Assembly (NCBI GenBank): GCA_041158165.1
Contig: JBEBBW010000002.1
Location: 19,185-83,184, forward strand
DNA from: Bacteroidota bacterium
GTDB lineage: Bacteria; Bacteroidota; Bacteroidia; Flavobacteriales; Schleiferiaceae
Direction: 5' to 3'
DNA: 64,000 bases
Position numbers and translations under genes: made by a program. Numbering within the stretch: position 1 is the first letter of the stretch; each line of letters begins with the position of its first letter. The notes beneath the pieces are model-generated. The model made no database searches, was not told where the DNA came from, and saw nothing but the letters and a program-made list of their open reading frames with translations. Positions 39,601-48,278 of the stretch are shown here, in pieces.

Positions 39601-41453
39601 GCTTGAATTCAACCGCAATGGTCTTCACGCCCTGCATAAACCTTACCGGCAGTAGCTTACCGCAACTCAGCTTTGCAGCCCACATGCTTGGCACCAACCA
39701 AGGTGAGCTCCACGTAGACGTGCTTTCGGGCGGACGTTGGCACCTTGACGTGTGTGCCCCGCTGGTCGGAGACAAAGGCAGCAGCTGGGTCAATGTGACG
39801 GCCTCGCTGATGCCCTTTACGGGTAAAACAATCGTGGTGCGCTTCCGCGGCACTACCGGCAATGGCGGATTGAGCGACATCGCGATTGACGCGATCACCG
39901 TTAGCGAAGTCACGTCAGCACCTCAAGCGGCAATGCAGCTTCCATCCGCAGCGCCCTGCCTCAACCAGGTGGTACAGCTCTTCGACGCCTCGACCAACAG
40001 CCCCGCCTCGTGGCGCTGGATCATCACGCCGCGCACCGGAGTGAGCTTTGCCAACGGCAGCGATTCGACAAGCAAAAATCCATGGGTGTCGTTCAACGCC
40101 CTCGGTACCTACAGCGTGCAGCTCATCGCCACGAACCCATTTGGGTCTGACACGGCGACCAGCACCACGGGAATCACCCTGACGGCGGGCGCCCCACTGC
40201 CTTTCGCAGAGCCGTTTGGTCCCTCCCTGCCGCTTGGTTGGTCAGTCGACAACCCAGACGGTGGAATCACATGGGCCATTTCAAACTGCATCGGGGTTGC
40301 GGGTACTTCGACGAACGCGGTAACCGTGAATTTCTTCAACTACAGCTCCACGCTCCAAGAGGACGGTTTAGTCACTCCCGGAATCGACTTATCGGGCACT
40401 AACCTGCCCTACCTCGTATTTGACTTAGCGTATGCACCCTACGATGCGAGCTACATAGATGGCCTACGTATCGAGTACAGCACCAACTGCGGCAGCACTT
40501 GGGCACCCACCGGGTATGCTAAGTCAGGGTCCGCACTCGCTACCAAAGCCGCGCAGACCACCAACTTCACGCCGTCGCTGGCAAGCCACTGGCGTCGCGA
40601 CAGTATTGCGCTGCCCGCGAGCATTTCGGGACCGAGCGTCAAGTTCCGGTTTGTTGGGGTAAACGGTTACGGCAACAACCTGTTCCTCGACAACATACAG
40701 GTCTATGATTTGGGCGCCGCTGCACCCGTAGCCAGCATTTCTGCCAGTGCCACGGTCGACGTGTGCGTTTTGGACACGGTCTACTTTAGCGCCGTCAACC
40801 CCGGAAACGCCCTCGCGCAATGGACCTTTGGCCCCGGCGCGGTTCCAAGTGTGGCGACAGGTCCCGGCAACCACGCCGTGTACTTTTTCTCGCCCGGTCC
40901 CAAAACCATCACCCTGCAACTTAACGGTGCGGGCGGTACCGACCGAGATACCGTCAGCTTGAACGCAGTTCCCAACCTCAGCAGTACGTGGAGTATTCAG
41001 ACCGACAGCGCCTTTGTGCTGCGCGGACAAGCCGCCGTTACCCAGGGAAGTGCCCTAGGATACCTCTGGGATTTCGGCGACGGCACCACGGCCACGACGG
41101 CCGCTGTGCGCCACGTATATGCTGCAGCGGGAACCTACCCCGTCCAGCTAACGGTCGACGGCCCCTGCAACGACGTGGTATTTCAGACCAACGCGGTAAT
41201 CAGTTCCATTGGCCTTGGCGAGGGCAACGCGAAATGGGCCGCTACGCCCAACCCGACCGACGGAATGCTTTGGGTTGAGGGCGAAGGCCAGCCTGAAACG
41301 TTTGTGCTCACCGACCTGGCGGGCCGAATCGTATACCAAGGAACGTGGCCAGAGCGCGGAAGTCTGGACGTGGCCTCGCTGAGCGCCGGCAGCTACGTGC
41401 TTGAACTCAACGGGCACGGACGAAGGGAACGCCACCTCATTGTGAAGCGCTAA
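36603..41453 (+). CDS. secreted S8 (subtilisin-like) serine peptidase fused to MAM-type modules, PKD domains and a type-A T9SS C-terminal domain
   Basis: 1616 aa with signal peptide MKVRLLAVAALVAGQLFAQ. The catalytic motifs are GHGDDGD (Asp ~236/237), NHGDHVAGT (His ~265), SAGNSG (Asn ~350) and GTSMACPG (Ser ~430). A MAM-like module ends in ..LSDIAIDAITVSE. The C-terminal ..ATPNPTDGMLWVE...GSYVLEL.. tail is a T9SS CTD. Confidence 0.92.
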   Translation: MKVRLLAVAALVAGQLFAQNTIPNTARVLLQSGTYSLLESSAEQVRGMGSTSGRQVRVVAFNRPLTQLEWATWSAKGAINHGYLPLNAYLVEFQREDSWLELANLPILGASPFTPLMKLSSQLAEGSFPDYAWSGADVELLVVPLATASREAVVRDLNRIGRVVGSSALGIQVVIKPADLGRVTKLADVQFVQPKEAPAEPENVIGTKNHRANAIRVPYLGGRNYRGTGVTVGHGDDGDIQPHIDFKGRIAANFGGPSQGNHGDHVAGTIFGAGNLNPDGEGQAPGASLVYYDYPANLNSVDNHYALYGVRVTASSYSNGCNAGYTAFTQQMDQDIIDNYHLMHVFSAGNSGTSNCNYGAGAGWGNITGGQKQGKNVIAVANLQGTDVIAGSSSRGPAHDGRIKPDVAALGTNVFSCSSPNSYATLTGTSMACPGTAGVLAQLYDAYRQTHSGQDPHGGLMKAILMNTADDLGQPGPDFIHGYGRMNALRAAKSIEQNQFAKDSLSPGETDTLRITVPVGTQAVRIMLHWTDPAATVNAGRALVNNLNGVLKQGTSSWLPWVLNPTPTATALNSPAVRAVDSLNTAEQFEVLNPTPGDFDLIVSGSVAVGSAQEYFVTWSFVAADVELTYPVGGEVLVAGQTTPVRWDSEPNGTAYQLSASYDNGATWSVIANPGANADQANWSVPAGVNDQMWLRIVRGTQGDTTDVVLSRIGVPTNLNHQWTCPDSFKVSWNPVVGAAGYVVYRLGAKYMDPVDTVTATNYVFTGSNPNVAEWFSVAALTPAGRAGKRAVAVEKPAGIQGCIVTQDAALSAIVNPSGRMPDCQPLGSIPIEVRLLNPATQALTSVPVAVRLGTGPIQRDTVAVQLTSTQSTVVQLAPTLSLPGIGNYSIRVWTELPGDQNPYNDTLSTSVNVTASGTPVSLPYAENFSSFVSCPTTSNCGVTTCSLTNGWVNATNGSEDQHDWRTDAGGTPTTGTGPTGGANGGGPTDNYLYLEATNCLNSTAMVFTPCINLTGSSLPQLSFAAHMLGTNQGELHVDVLSGGRWHLDVCAPLVGDKGSSWVNVTASLMPFTGKTIVVRFRGTTGNGGLSDIAIDAITVSEVTSAPQAAMQLPSAAPCLNQVVQLFDASTNSPASWRWIITPRTGVSFANGSDSTSKNPWVSFNALGTYSVQLIATNPFGSDTATSTTGITLTAGAPLPFAEPFGPSLPLGWSVDNPDGGITWAISNCIGVAGTSTNAVTVNFFNYSSTLQEDGLVTPGIDLSGTNLPYLVFDLAYAPYDASYIDGLRIEYSTNCGSTWAPTGYAKSGSALATKAAQTTNFTPSLASHWRRDSIALPASISGPSVKFRFVGVNGYGNNLFLDNIQVYDLGAAAPVASISASATVDVCVLDTVYFSAVNPGNALAQWTFGPGAVPSVATGPGNHAVYFFSPGPKTITLQLNGAGGTDRDTVSLNAVPNLSSTWSIQTDSAFVLRGQAAVTQGSALGYLWDFGDGTTATTAAVRHVYAAAGTYPVQLTVDGPCNDVVFQTNAVISSIGLGEGNAKWAATPNPTDGMLWVEGEGQPETFVLTDLAGRIVYQGTWPERGSLDVASLSAGSYVLELNGHGRRERHLIVKR

Positions 41454-41473
41454 CCCACCGCATGGTACCCACT

Positions 41474-41512
41474 AAGGCCGGACTCCGTTGAGGTGCTCCG
41501 GCCTTACTTTTT
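41474..41512 (+). terminator. intrinsic terminator after the S8 peptidase gene
   Basis: AAGGCCGGA-(14-nt loop)-TCCGGCCTT followed by acTTTTT. The right arm overlaps the stop codon of the convergent symporter gene. Confidence 0.7.
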
Positions 41513-42940
41513 AGGCCCCGCCGCGAGGAGAAGTGCCGTAAGGAGTCCGTTGACCAAAATCAGCTCAAAACCAAACGTGTACCCGAGGTAGGCAGGGCCC
41601 GCAACGCTCGCGGCATAGGTCAGCACCGGGCCGGCAAGGCAGGAGACCGGAATCCACCAGCCGATTGGCCGCACCGAGGTGAGTTGCCCCAGCGCGAACA
41701 GTCCGAGCAGCGGTCCATACGTGTAGCCCGCCGCCGTGAAGATGGTCGTGATAATGCTTTGGTCTGCAAACGGCTTGACCGCAATCATGAGTGCCCCCAC
41801 GGCCACCGTCATCGCAATGTGAACGTTGCGCCGCAGGCGTTCGGCACGGGCTGGAGCCATGCGCTCCACGCCGAGGATGTCCACCGAAAACGAGGTCGTC
41901 AGGGCGGTCAGCGCAGAGTCCGCGCTGGAATAGGCTGCGGCCACCAGGCCGAGCACAAACAGCACGCCAATGGCGACCGGCATCTCTGGCGAAAGTGCCA
42001 CCGCCGCGAACAGGCCGTCGCCGACCACGCTGATTCCGGCGCCTGCCGCATACCGGTACAGCACAATCCCAAGCGCCAGAAACAACAGGTTCACGGCAAC
42101 CAGCACCACGCTGAACACGACCATGTTGAGTTGAGCCTCCTTCAGGCTGCGGCACGTCAGGTTTTTCTGCATCATATCTTGATCTAGGCCGGTCATCGTG
42201 ATGGTGATGAACATGCCTCCGAGGAACTGCTTCCAAAAATTGCGTCCGTCAGAAGCATCCGGAAAAAACCACTGCGATTCGGGTTGCTGCCAAAGCCAAT
42301 TCCAGGGCTCGCTGACCCCTAAGTCGCCGAGCAGCACCACCAGCACCCACACCAAAACACCCAGCATGGCAGCCGTTTGGAGGGTGTCGGTGAACACTAC
42401 GGCGCGAATTCCGCCCCGGTGGGTATACAACCAAATGAGGCCCAGCACGCCAAACACGGTCGCACCAAACGGAAGCCCAAAGGGTTTGGCCACCAAATCG
42501 TGCAAAATGGCCGCAACCAAGAACAAGCGAAGCGACGACCCCACCCAGCGCGACACAATGAATAGCCAGGCCCCGGTTCGGTAGGCGGTCAGCCCAAATC
42601 GCTGGTCGAGGTAGCCATAAATAGTGGTGGTCGCGGTTCGGTAGTACAGCGGAAGCAGCACAAACGCCACCACCGCATACCCGACCACATAGCCCAGCAC
42701 CATCTGCAGGTAGCTGAACGACGACGTTCCGACCCACCCCGGAACCGAGACAAACGTCACACCGCTAAGCGAAGCGCCAATCATCCCAAAACTCACAAGC
42801 CACCAAGGGCTTTGGCGTCCGGCTGTGAAAAACTGGGAATTGTCGGTTTTCACTCGGCGCGTTGCCCATTCAGCAACGACCACCAAAAGAGCGAAGTACG
42901 CCACCAAAACGGCGAACACGAGGTAGGGACCGTGGATCAT
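41504..42940 (-). CDS. sodium:solute symporter (SSS family)
   Basis: I trimmed the start to MIHGPYLVFAVLVAYFALLVV. It is a multi-TM protein with ..FFTAGRQSPWWLVSFGMIGASLSGVTFVSVPG.. typical of SSS transporters. Confidence 0.85.
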   Translation of the reverse strand: MIHGPYLVFAVLVAYFALLVVVAEWATRRVKTDNSQFFTAGRQSPWWLVSFGMIGASLSGVTFVSVPGWVGTSSFSYLQMVLGYVVGYAVVAFVLLPLYYRTATTTIYGYLDQRFGLTAYRTGAWLFIVSRWVGSSLRLFLVAAILHDLVAKPFGLPFGATVFGVLGLIWLYTHRGGIRAVVFTDTLQTAAMLGVLVWVLVVLLGDLGVSEPWNWLWQQPESQWFFPDASDGRNFWKQFLGGMFITITMTGLDQDMMQKNLTCRSLKEAQLNMVVFSVVLVAVNLLFLALGIVLYRYAAGAGISVVGDGLFAAVALSPEMPVAIGVLFVLGLVAAAYSSADSALTALTTSFSVDILGVERMAPARAERLRRNVHIAMTVAVGALMIAVKPFADQSIITTIFTAAGYTYGPLLGLFALGQLTSVRPIGWWIPVSCLAGPVLTYAASVAGPAYLGYTFGFELILVNGLLTALLLAAGPKK

Positions 42941-42956
42941 GGCCACAAAGATGCCG

Positions 42957-42964
42957 TATTTTTG
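42957..42964 (+). promoter_or_regulatory. -7 box TATTTTTG, 4 nt upstream of recR ATG 42969
   Basis: Perfect TAnnTTTG match. It supports the shorter recR start. Confidence 0.5.
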
Positions 42965-42968
42965 GACG

Positions 42969-43586
42969 ATGGAACTACCCTCGGCCGCATTAGAACGCGC
43001 AGTGAGCGAATTAGCTCGGTTGCCGGGGATCGGAAGGCGGTCCGCCCTCAGGCTGGCCCTGCACCTCATCCAGCAAGGAGGCGACCGCATGACTCAATTG
43101 GCCGACGCCATCCACAACCTCTCCGAGCAAACGACACTCTGCACCCAGTGCCACTCGCTCAGCGATACGCCCATTTGTGCAATCTGTTCCGACGGCCGAC
43201 GCGACCCCAAAACCCTTTGTGTGGTTGAAGACGTGCGCGACGTGCTTGCCCTAGAAAACACCCAGGCTTTTCGCGGCCGCTACCACGTTTTGGGCGGACT
43301 GATTTCGCCCATGGACGGCATGGGGCCCGGCGACCTCAGCATCGACCACCTCGTGACCCGGGTGGCAGACGAGCACGTTACCGAAGTCCTTTTTGCACTC
43401 AGCACGACCATGGAAGGCGACACCACTGCGTTTTACCTCTACCGCCGCCTTCAACCACTGGGCGTGAGCCTGACGGTGATGGCCCGCGGACTCCCGGTGG
43501 GCGACGCCTTGGAGTACGCCGACGAACGCACCCTTAGCCGGGCCGTCGAGCAGCGCGTTCCCTACGAGCAAACGATTAAAGGCTAA
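42969..43586 (+). CDS. recR: recombination protein RecR
   Basis: It has MELPSAALERAVSELARLPGIGRRSALRLALHL (HhH), the zinc finger CTQCHSLSDTPICAICSD and a Toprim domain. I chose ATG 42969 because a perfect TATTTTTG box lies 4 nt upstream. The ORF track starts at 42939. Confidence 0.92.
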   Translation: MELPSAALERAVSELARLPGIGRRSALRLALHLIQQGGDRMTQLADAIHNLSEQTTLCTQCHSLSDTPICAICSDGRRDPKTLCVVEDVRDVLALENTQAFRGRYHVLGGLISPMDGMGPGDLSIDHLVTRVADEHVTEVLFALSTTMEGDTTAFYLYRRLQPLGVSLTVMARGLPVGDALEYADERTLSRAVEQRVPYEQTIKG

Positions 43587-43595
43587 CTTCACCTC

Positions 43596-45434
43596 GTGCG
43601 CCTTTCGGTCCTCATTGTCAACTACAACGTCAAGTCCTTTCTTGACCAGTGCCTGCGCTCGGTGCGGAGCGCTGCGCGCGGCCTCGACGTCGAAGTGATC
43701 GTCGTCGACAACGCCTCGACCGACGGCAGCGGCGATTGGATTCCGGCACAATTCCCCGAAGTTCGCTGGATCGCCTCCCCAAGCAACCTTGGCTTTGGAC
43801 GCGCCAACAACCTCGCCCTGCGCGAGGCCACCGGCGACGTGGTGCTCTACATCAACCCCGACACCGTCGTCCCCGATGACAACTTCACTTCGGCCCTAGC
43901 CTACCTAACCGCGCATCCCGAGGTCGGCTCCCTTGGATGCCGCATGATCGACGGCACCGGCGCCTTTTTACCCGAATCCAAGCGCGCCCTGCCCACCCCG
44001 AGTGTGGCCTTGTACCGCTTGCTTGGACTTAGCGCCCTAGCGCCGCGCAGCCCGCGCTTCGCCCGCTACTACCTCGGCCATCTTCCAGAAGACCAAAACG
44101 CCGAGGTCGACGTGCACTGCGGCGCGTGGATGATGGTGCGCAAGCCGATCCTCGACCAGCTCGGAGGCTTTGACGAAGCCTTCTTCATGTACGGCGAAGA
44201 CATCGACCTGAGCTACCGAATCCAGCAGGCGGGTTGGCAGAACCACTACCTGGCCACCTCGCCCATCATTCACTACAAGGGCGAGTCCACCAAGCACGCC
44301 ACCTGGAAGTACGTGCGCACCTTCCACGAGGCCATGGACATTTTTGCCCGCAAGCATTTTGCCGGCCGCGCCGCAGCCTTTTCTGCCCTTATTCGCCTCG
44401 GAATCTACGCCAAAGCCAGCGCCTCGATGCTGCAGCGCTGGGCGACGCTCGTGCTGCCCCTTCTCGTGGAGCTCGGCCTCGGACTCTTTTTGGCGGAGGC
44501 CATGACCGGCTACTGGGAACGCTCCCACCGCTACGTGGAAGGCGGGGCCTACCCAGCGATCTACCGCGAGTGGGTGCTGCCGGCCTATGCCCTGGTTTGG
44601 TTTGGCACCTACCATATTTTGGGCGGAGCTCGGGGAGCGCTGCGGCGCTGGTTCACCAGCGGACTGCTTGCCACCTTAGCGCTGCTCGTGGGGTACGGGC
44701 TGCTGCCCATGGAGTTGCGGTTTTCGCGAGCGCTCGTGCTGCTGTCGTCGCTGCTTTTTGCGGTGGCGTCGCTGGGGATTCGGGCGCTTCGCTTGGCGGG
44801 GGCGTTGCGCGAGCGCGGTCTTCTTCGAAGCGGAACCGCCCACTTCGGCCGGACCGGAACGCCCGTTTCGCCCAGCGAAAACCCCATCGACTACGACCTC
44901 CCTTGGAACGACCACCGCTTGGCCGCCCTCCAAACCTTTCAACCCAGCGTCGTGGCCCTTCACCCCGGCAGCGACCTGAGCTTCAGCGACTGCATTCAGC
45001 TCATGCTCCAGCTGCGCGGGCAGGGAATCCGATTCCGCACCGTCTACCCCGAATGGTCGCTGGGCAGCGACGACCGCCGTTTTTCGTCTGACGTGAGCAT
45101 CCCAGAGCTGGACAAGCCCGCCGTGCGCCGGAGCCGCCGCGTGCTCCACCTGGGCATCGCCCTGCTCCTCACTGCCATTCTCCCCCTCGCCCTGTGTACC
45201 CCACGCGGTCGGTTTTATGTGAAGCACTTGCTTCAAGTGCTGCGCGGAACGCGATCCTGGGTTGGCTACGCTGGCGACGGGATTGGACTCAGCCCCATTC
45301 CGCCCGGAATTGTTCCCCACGTTCCACCAAGCGGAGTCCCAGAATGGGACCGAGAAGCCGACCGCCGGTATGCGATGCGTTGGCATGTGGATTTAGACGT
45401 TTATGCACTTCTTCGCCGGCATCCTATGCCGTAA
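43596..45434 (+). CDS. family 2 glycosyltransferase with large C-terminal membrane-associated extension
   Basis: 612 aa with a GTG start. It has LSVLIVNYNVKSFLDQCLRSV..VVDNASTDGS (GT2 N-terminus) and the YGEDIDLSYR motif. The C-terminal ~360 aa contain several TM helices. Confidence 0.85.
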   Translation: MRLSVLIVNYNVKSFLDQCLRSVRSAARGLDVEVIVVDNASTDGSGDWIPAQFPEVRWIASPSNLGFGRANNLALREATGDVVLYINPDTVVPDDNFTSALAYLTAHPEVGSLGCRMIDGTGAFLPESKRALPTPSVALYRLLGLSALAPRSPRFARYYLGHLPEDQNAEVDVHCGAWMMVRKPILDQLGGFDEAFFMYGEDIDLSYRIQQAGWQNHYLATSPIIHYKGESTKHATWKYVRTFHEAMDIFARKHFAGRAAAFSALIRLGIYAKASASMLQRWATLVLPLLVELGLGLFLAEAMTGYWERSHRYVEGGAYPAIYREWVLPAYALVWFGTYHILGGARGALRRWFTSGLLATLALLVGYGLLPMELRFSRALVLLSSLLFAVASLGIRALRLAGALRERGLLRSGTAHFGRTGTPVSPSENPIDYDLPWNDHRLAALQTFQPSVVALHPGSDLSFSDCIQLMLQLRGQGIRFRTVYPEWSLGSDDRRFSSDVSIPELDKPAVRRSRRVLHLGIALLLTAILPLALCTPRGRFYVKHLLQVLRGTRSWVGYAGDGIGLSPIPPGIVPHVPPSGVPEWDREADRRYAMRWHVDLDVYALLRRHPMP

Positions 45435-45439
45435 ATTTG
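45432..45439 (+). promoter_or_regulatory. -7 box TAAATTTG, 19 nt upstream of the E2 ATG
   Basis: Perfect TAnnTTTG match. Its TAA is the stop codon of the GT2 gene. Confidence 0.45.
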
Positions 45440-45458
45440 CCGCACAACCCCAGCGACT

Positions 45459-46850
45459 ATGTTTGAATTGACGTTGCCCAAGATGGGCGAATCCGTAGCA
45501 GAGGCCACGATCACGCAATGGCTCAAAAACGAAGGCGATTCCATCTCCCTCGATGAATCGGTACTGACGATTGCTACCGATAAGGTTGACAGCGACATTC
45601 CGTCGCCCGTTGCCGGGATCCTGGTGAAAAAATTGTTCAACGAGAACGACGTCATTCAAGTTGGTCAAGTCATTGCCCACATTGACACCGGGGACGGCAA
45701 AGCCGCTGCTCCGGCTCCTGTAGCCGCTGCAGCCCCCGTTGCTGCAGCATCTGAGGCTCCTGCGCCCGCCACAGCTCCAGCTCCAGCCGAGCAGCCTGCA
45801 GCCAGCACCCCACAACCCGCCGCGAACAACCATGCTCCAGTTGCCAAAGGAAGCGGCGCTCGCTTCTATTCACCTTTGGTGCGCAGCATGGCCGCCCAAG
45901 AGGGGCTCTCGCAGGCTGAACTTGACCAAATCGAAGGGTCTGGCCAGGAAGGCCGTGTAACCAAGCACGACGTGTTGGCCTACTTGGCCCAGCGCGCCAG
46001 CGGCGTCGTTCCGGCCGCTGCGGCATCTGCACCCGCTCCGGCAGCAGCAACCGAAACCTTGGCAGCGCCTGCCCCCACAAAGGCTTCTGATTCCGCGCCT
46101 GCAGGCCACGGATTCAAGGCCCCGGCGCCCACGATTTTCCCAGGAGACGAAATCCGCGAAATGGACCGAATGCGCAAGATCATCGCCGACCACATGGTGA
46201 TGAGCAAGCACGTTTCGCCCCACGTAACCTCGTTTGTCGAGGCCGACGTGACAGCAATCGTTCGCTGGCGCGAAAAAGTCAAAGGCAGCTACGAAAAGCG
46301 CGAAGGGGAAAAGCTCACCTTCACGCCCATTTTCATGGAGGCGGTGGTCAAGGCCATCAAAGACTTCCCCAACATTAACGTCAGCATTGACGGCAACAAC
46401 ATCGTGTACCACAAGCCGATCAACCTGGGCATGGCTACGGCGTTGCCGAGCGGAAACCTTATTGTTCCGGTCATTAAAAACGCCGACCGCCTCAGCCTGA
46501 GCGGCATGACCAAAGAGGTCAATGAACTTGCCAATAAGGCGCGCAGCAACGCCCTCAAGCCCGACGATATTCAGGGCGGAACCTACACGGTCACCAACGT
46601 GGGCAGCTTCGGAAACATTCTGGGCACCCCCATCATCAACCAGCCTCAAGTTGCGATTTTGGCCCTCGGTGCCATTCGCAAAATGCCCGCTGTGGTGGAG
46701 ACGGCTGAAGGGGACGTGATCGCCATTCGCCACAAAATGTTCTTGTCGCACTCCTACGACCACCGCGTGGTTGACGGAGCGCTAGGCGGCATGTTTGTGC
46801 GCCGCGTTGCCGACTACCTCGAGCAGTGGGATCCGAACCGCGAAATCTGA
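45459..46850 (+). CDS. 2-oxoacid dehydrogenase E2 component (dihydrolipoyl acyltransferase)
   Basis: 463 aa. The lipoyl domain has ..TDKVDSDIPSP.. (lipoyl-Lys), followed by Ala/Pro linkers, an E3-binding segment (SPLVRSMAAQEGL) and the catalytic motif SHSYDHRVVDG. Confidence 0.92.
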   Translation: MFELTLPKMGESVAEATITQWLKNEGDSISLDESVLTIATDKVDSDIPSPVAGILVKKLFNENDVIQVGQVIAHIDTGDGKAAAPAPVAAAAPVAAASEAPAPATAPAPAEQPAASTPQPAANNHAPVAKGSGARFYSPLVRSMAAQEGLSQAELDQIEGSGQEGRVTKHDVLAYLAQRASGVVPAAAASAPAPAAATETLAAPAPTKASDSAPAGHGFKAPAPTIFPGDEIREMDRMRKIIADHMVMSKHVSPHVTSFVEADVTAIVRWREKVKGSYEKREGEKLTFTPIFMEAVVKAIKDFPNINVSIDGNNIVYHKPINLGMATALPSGNLIVPVIKNADRLSLSGMTKEVNELANKARSNALKPDDIQGGTYTVTNVGSFGNILGTPIINQPQVAILALGAIRKMPAVVETAEGDVIAIRHKMFLSHSYDHRVVDGALGGMFVRRVADYLEQWDPNREI

Positions 46851-47605
46851 TGCGGCTCACCCGCCCACTCTGCGTTTTTGACATCGAATCAACCGGTGTC
46901 AACGTCGTTCACGACCGCATCGTTGAACTCTGTGTTCTCCGCGTACTCCCCGACGGAACCGAAACGGTCAAAACCTGGCGGGTAAACCCGGGTATTCCCA
47001 TTCCGCCGGCAGCCACCGCAATTCACGGAATCAGCGATGCCGACGTGGCCGACGCCCCGCCGTTTGCCGGCATCCTATCTGAACTCGTCCCCATGATCCA
47101 AGGGAGCGACCTCGCCGGCTACAACAGCAACAAGTTCGATATACCGATGCTCGCGGAGGAGCTGCTTCGCGCTGGAAGCGACCTCGACCTCAGCCAATGC
47201 CGAAGCGTCGACGTTCAGAATATTTTTCACAAAAAGGAGCCCCGCACCCTGAGCGCCGCCTACCGATTTTACTGCCAAGCAGATCTCGAAAACGCCCATA
47301 CCGCCGAGGCCGACGTGCGCGCAACCTACGAGGTGCTTCGTGCGCAACTCGAACGCTATCCCGACCTCCCCCAAGAGGTCCCGGCCCTCAGCGACTTCAG
47401 CACGATGCACAAAGCGGCCGACTTCGCAGGATTCATCACGTTTGACGAGCAAGGACACGAACAGTTTAGCTTCGGCAAGTACAAGGGCCAGCGCGTAAGC
47501 CATGTGCTCCTGAAGGACCCAGGGTACTATTCCTGGCTGCAAAATGCCGATTTTCCGTTGTTTACGAAGAAAATCCTCACGGCCATTAGGCTGCGCCAGT
47601 CATGA
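46850..47605 (+). CDS. 3'-5' exonuclease (DnaQ/DEDD family)
   Basis: I trimmed the start to MRLTRPLCVFDIESTG (ExoI motif). It also has ..GYNSNKFDIPML.. (ExoII) and ..HTAEADV.. (ExoIII). Its ATG shares 1 nt with the E2 stop. Confidence 0.88.
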   Translation: MRLTRPLCVFDIESTGVNVVHDRIVELCVLRVLPDGTETVKTWRVNPGIPIPPAATAIHGISDADVADAPPFAGILSELVPMIQGSDLAGYNSNKFDIPMLAEELLRAGSDLDLSQCRSVDVQNIFHKKEPRTLSAAYRFYCQADLENAHTAEADVRATYEVLRAQLERYPDLPQEVPALSDFSTMHKAADFAGFITFDEQGHEQFSFGKYKGQRVSHVLLKDPGYYSWLQNADFPLFTKKILTAIRLRQS

Positions 47606-48207
47606 AGATAATTTGTGTCGGACGCAACTACCGCGCCCACGCCGAAGAGCTGGGCAACGCGATTCCCGAGGAACCGGTAATTTTTTGCAAGCCCGATTCC
47701 GCGCTGCTTCCGCCCCGAAATCCGTTTGTGATTCCGCCTTGGACCCACGACGTGCACCACGAAATCGAGTGGGTGGTTCGCATTGCCAAAGTAGGCAAGT
47801 ACATCGAACCGCGCTTCGCCTACAGCTACCTCGATGCCATGACGGTTGGCCTCGACTTCACGGCACGCGACCTTCAAACCCAGCTCAAAAACAAGGGTTT
47901 ACCCTGGGAACGCGCGAAAGGCTTTGACGGCAGCGCGGTCCTCGGAACCTGGCTTCCCATCCCAAGCGAACCGGCCGCCCACGAATTGTGGTTAGAAAAA
48001 AATGGCATTGAAGTTCAGCGAGGCAATACGGCCGACTTCCTTCATTCGGTCGAACACATCATCGCTTTTGTAAGCCAGCATTTCACGCTGAAAAAAGGCG
48101 ACATTTTGTTCACCGGAACCCCCGCCGGGGTAGGCCCCGTGGCGGCGGGAGATCGCCTAGAGGGCTTTTTAAATGGTGAATCCCTGCTTCGGCTGAACGT
48201 ACGTTAA
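47602..48207 (+). CDS. fumarylacetoacetate hydrolase (FAH) family protein
   Basis: 201 aa. MKIICVGRNYRAHAEELGN and the C-terminal ..GDILFTGTPAGVG.. are FAH-family motifs. Its ATG overlaps the upstream stop (ATGA). Confidence 0.88.
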   Translation: MKIICVGRNYRAHAEELGNAIPEEPVIFCKPDSALLPPRNPFVIPPWTHDVHHEIEWVVRIAKVGKYIEPRFAYSYLDAMTVGLDFTARDLQTQLKNKGLPWERAKGFDGSAVLGTWLPIPSEPAAHELWLEKNGIEVQRGNTADFLHSVEHIIAFVSQHFTLKKGDILFTGTPAGVGPVAAGDRLEGFLNGESLLRLNVR

Positions 48208-48230
48208 GCACTAGCTTCGGCGACTTCTCG

Positions 48231-48238
48231 TATATTTG
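48231..48238 (+). promoter_or_regulatory. -7 box TATATTTG, 40 nt upstream of the giant MAM gene ATG 48279
   Basis: Perfect TAnnTTTG match in a 71-nt intergenic region. Confidence 0.55.
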
Positions 48239-48278
48239 AAGTTCTAGGTTTATACCCAACCGAGAACGAACGCCTACT

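Noticed and set aside
45700-46130. Ala/Pro-rich repetitive coding DNA in the E2 gene, the acidic E/D/A/T-rich stretch at 19519-19860 in the DUF349 gene, and the GGGGPGPGG insert in the first MAM module (near 7830-7860).
   Set aside because: These are ordinary flexible linkers or low-complexity segments of the proteins. They are not tandem DNA repeats, CRISPR-like arrays or mobile-element remnants.
45870-46763. Long antisense ORFs opposite well-supported genes. Examples: 45870-46763 (297 aa, opposite E2), 55676-56641 (321 aa, opposite mltG), 48735-49607 and 51063-51839 (opposite the giant MAM gene), 31230-31892, 35350-36105, 44234-45091, 44676-45386, 60025-60699, 53640-54242 and 33780-34436.
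   Set aside because: Their translations are Arg/Gly/Pro/Ala-rich with no recognisable motifs. Each lies fully inside a gene with strong family signatures on the other strand. Such shadow ORFs are expected in GC-rich DNA. I see no independent evidence for overlapping genes.
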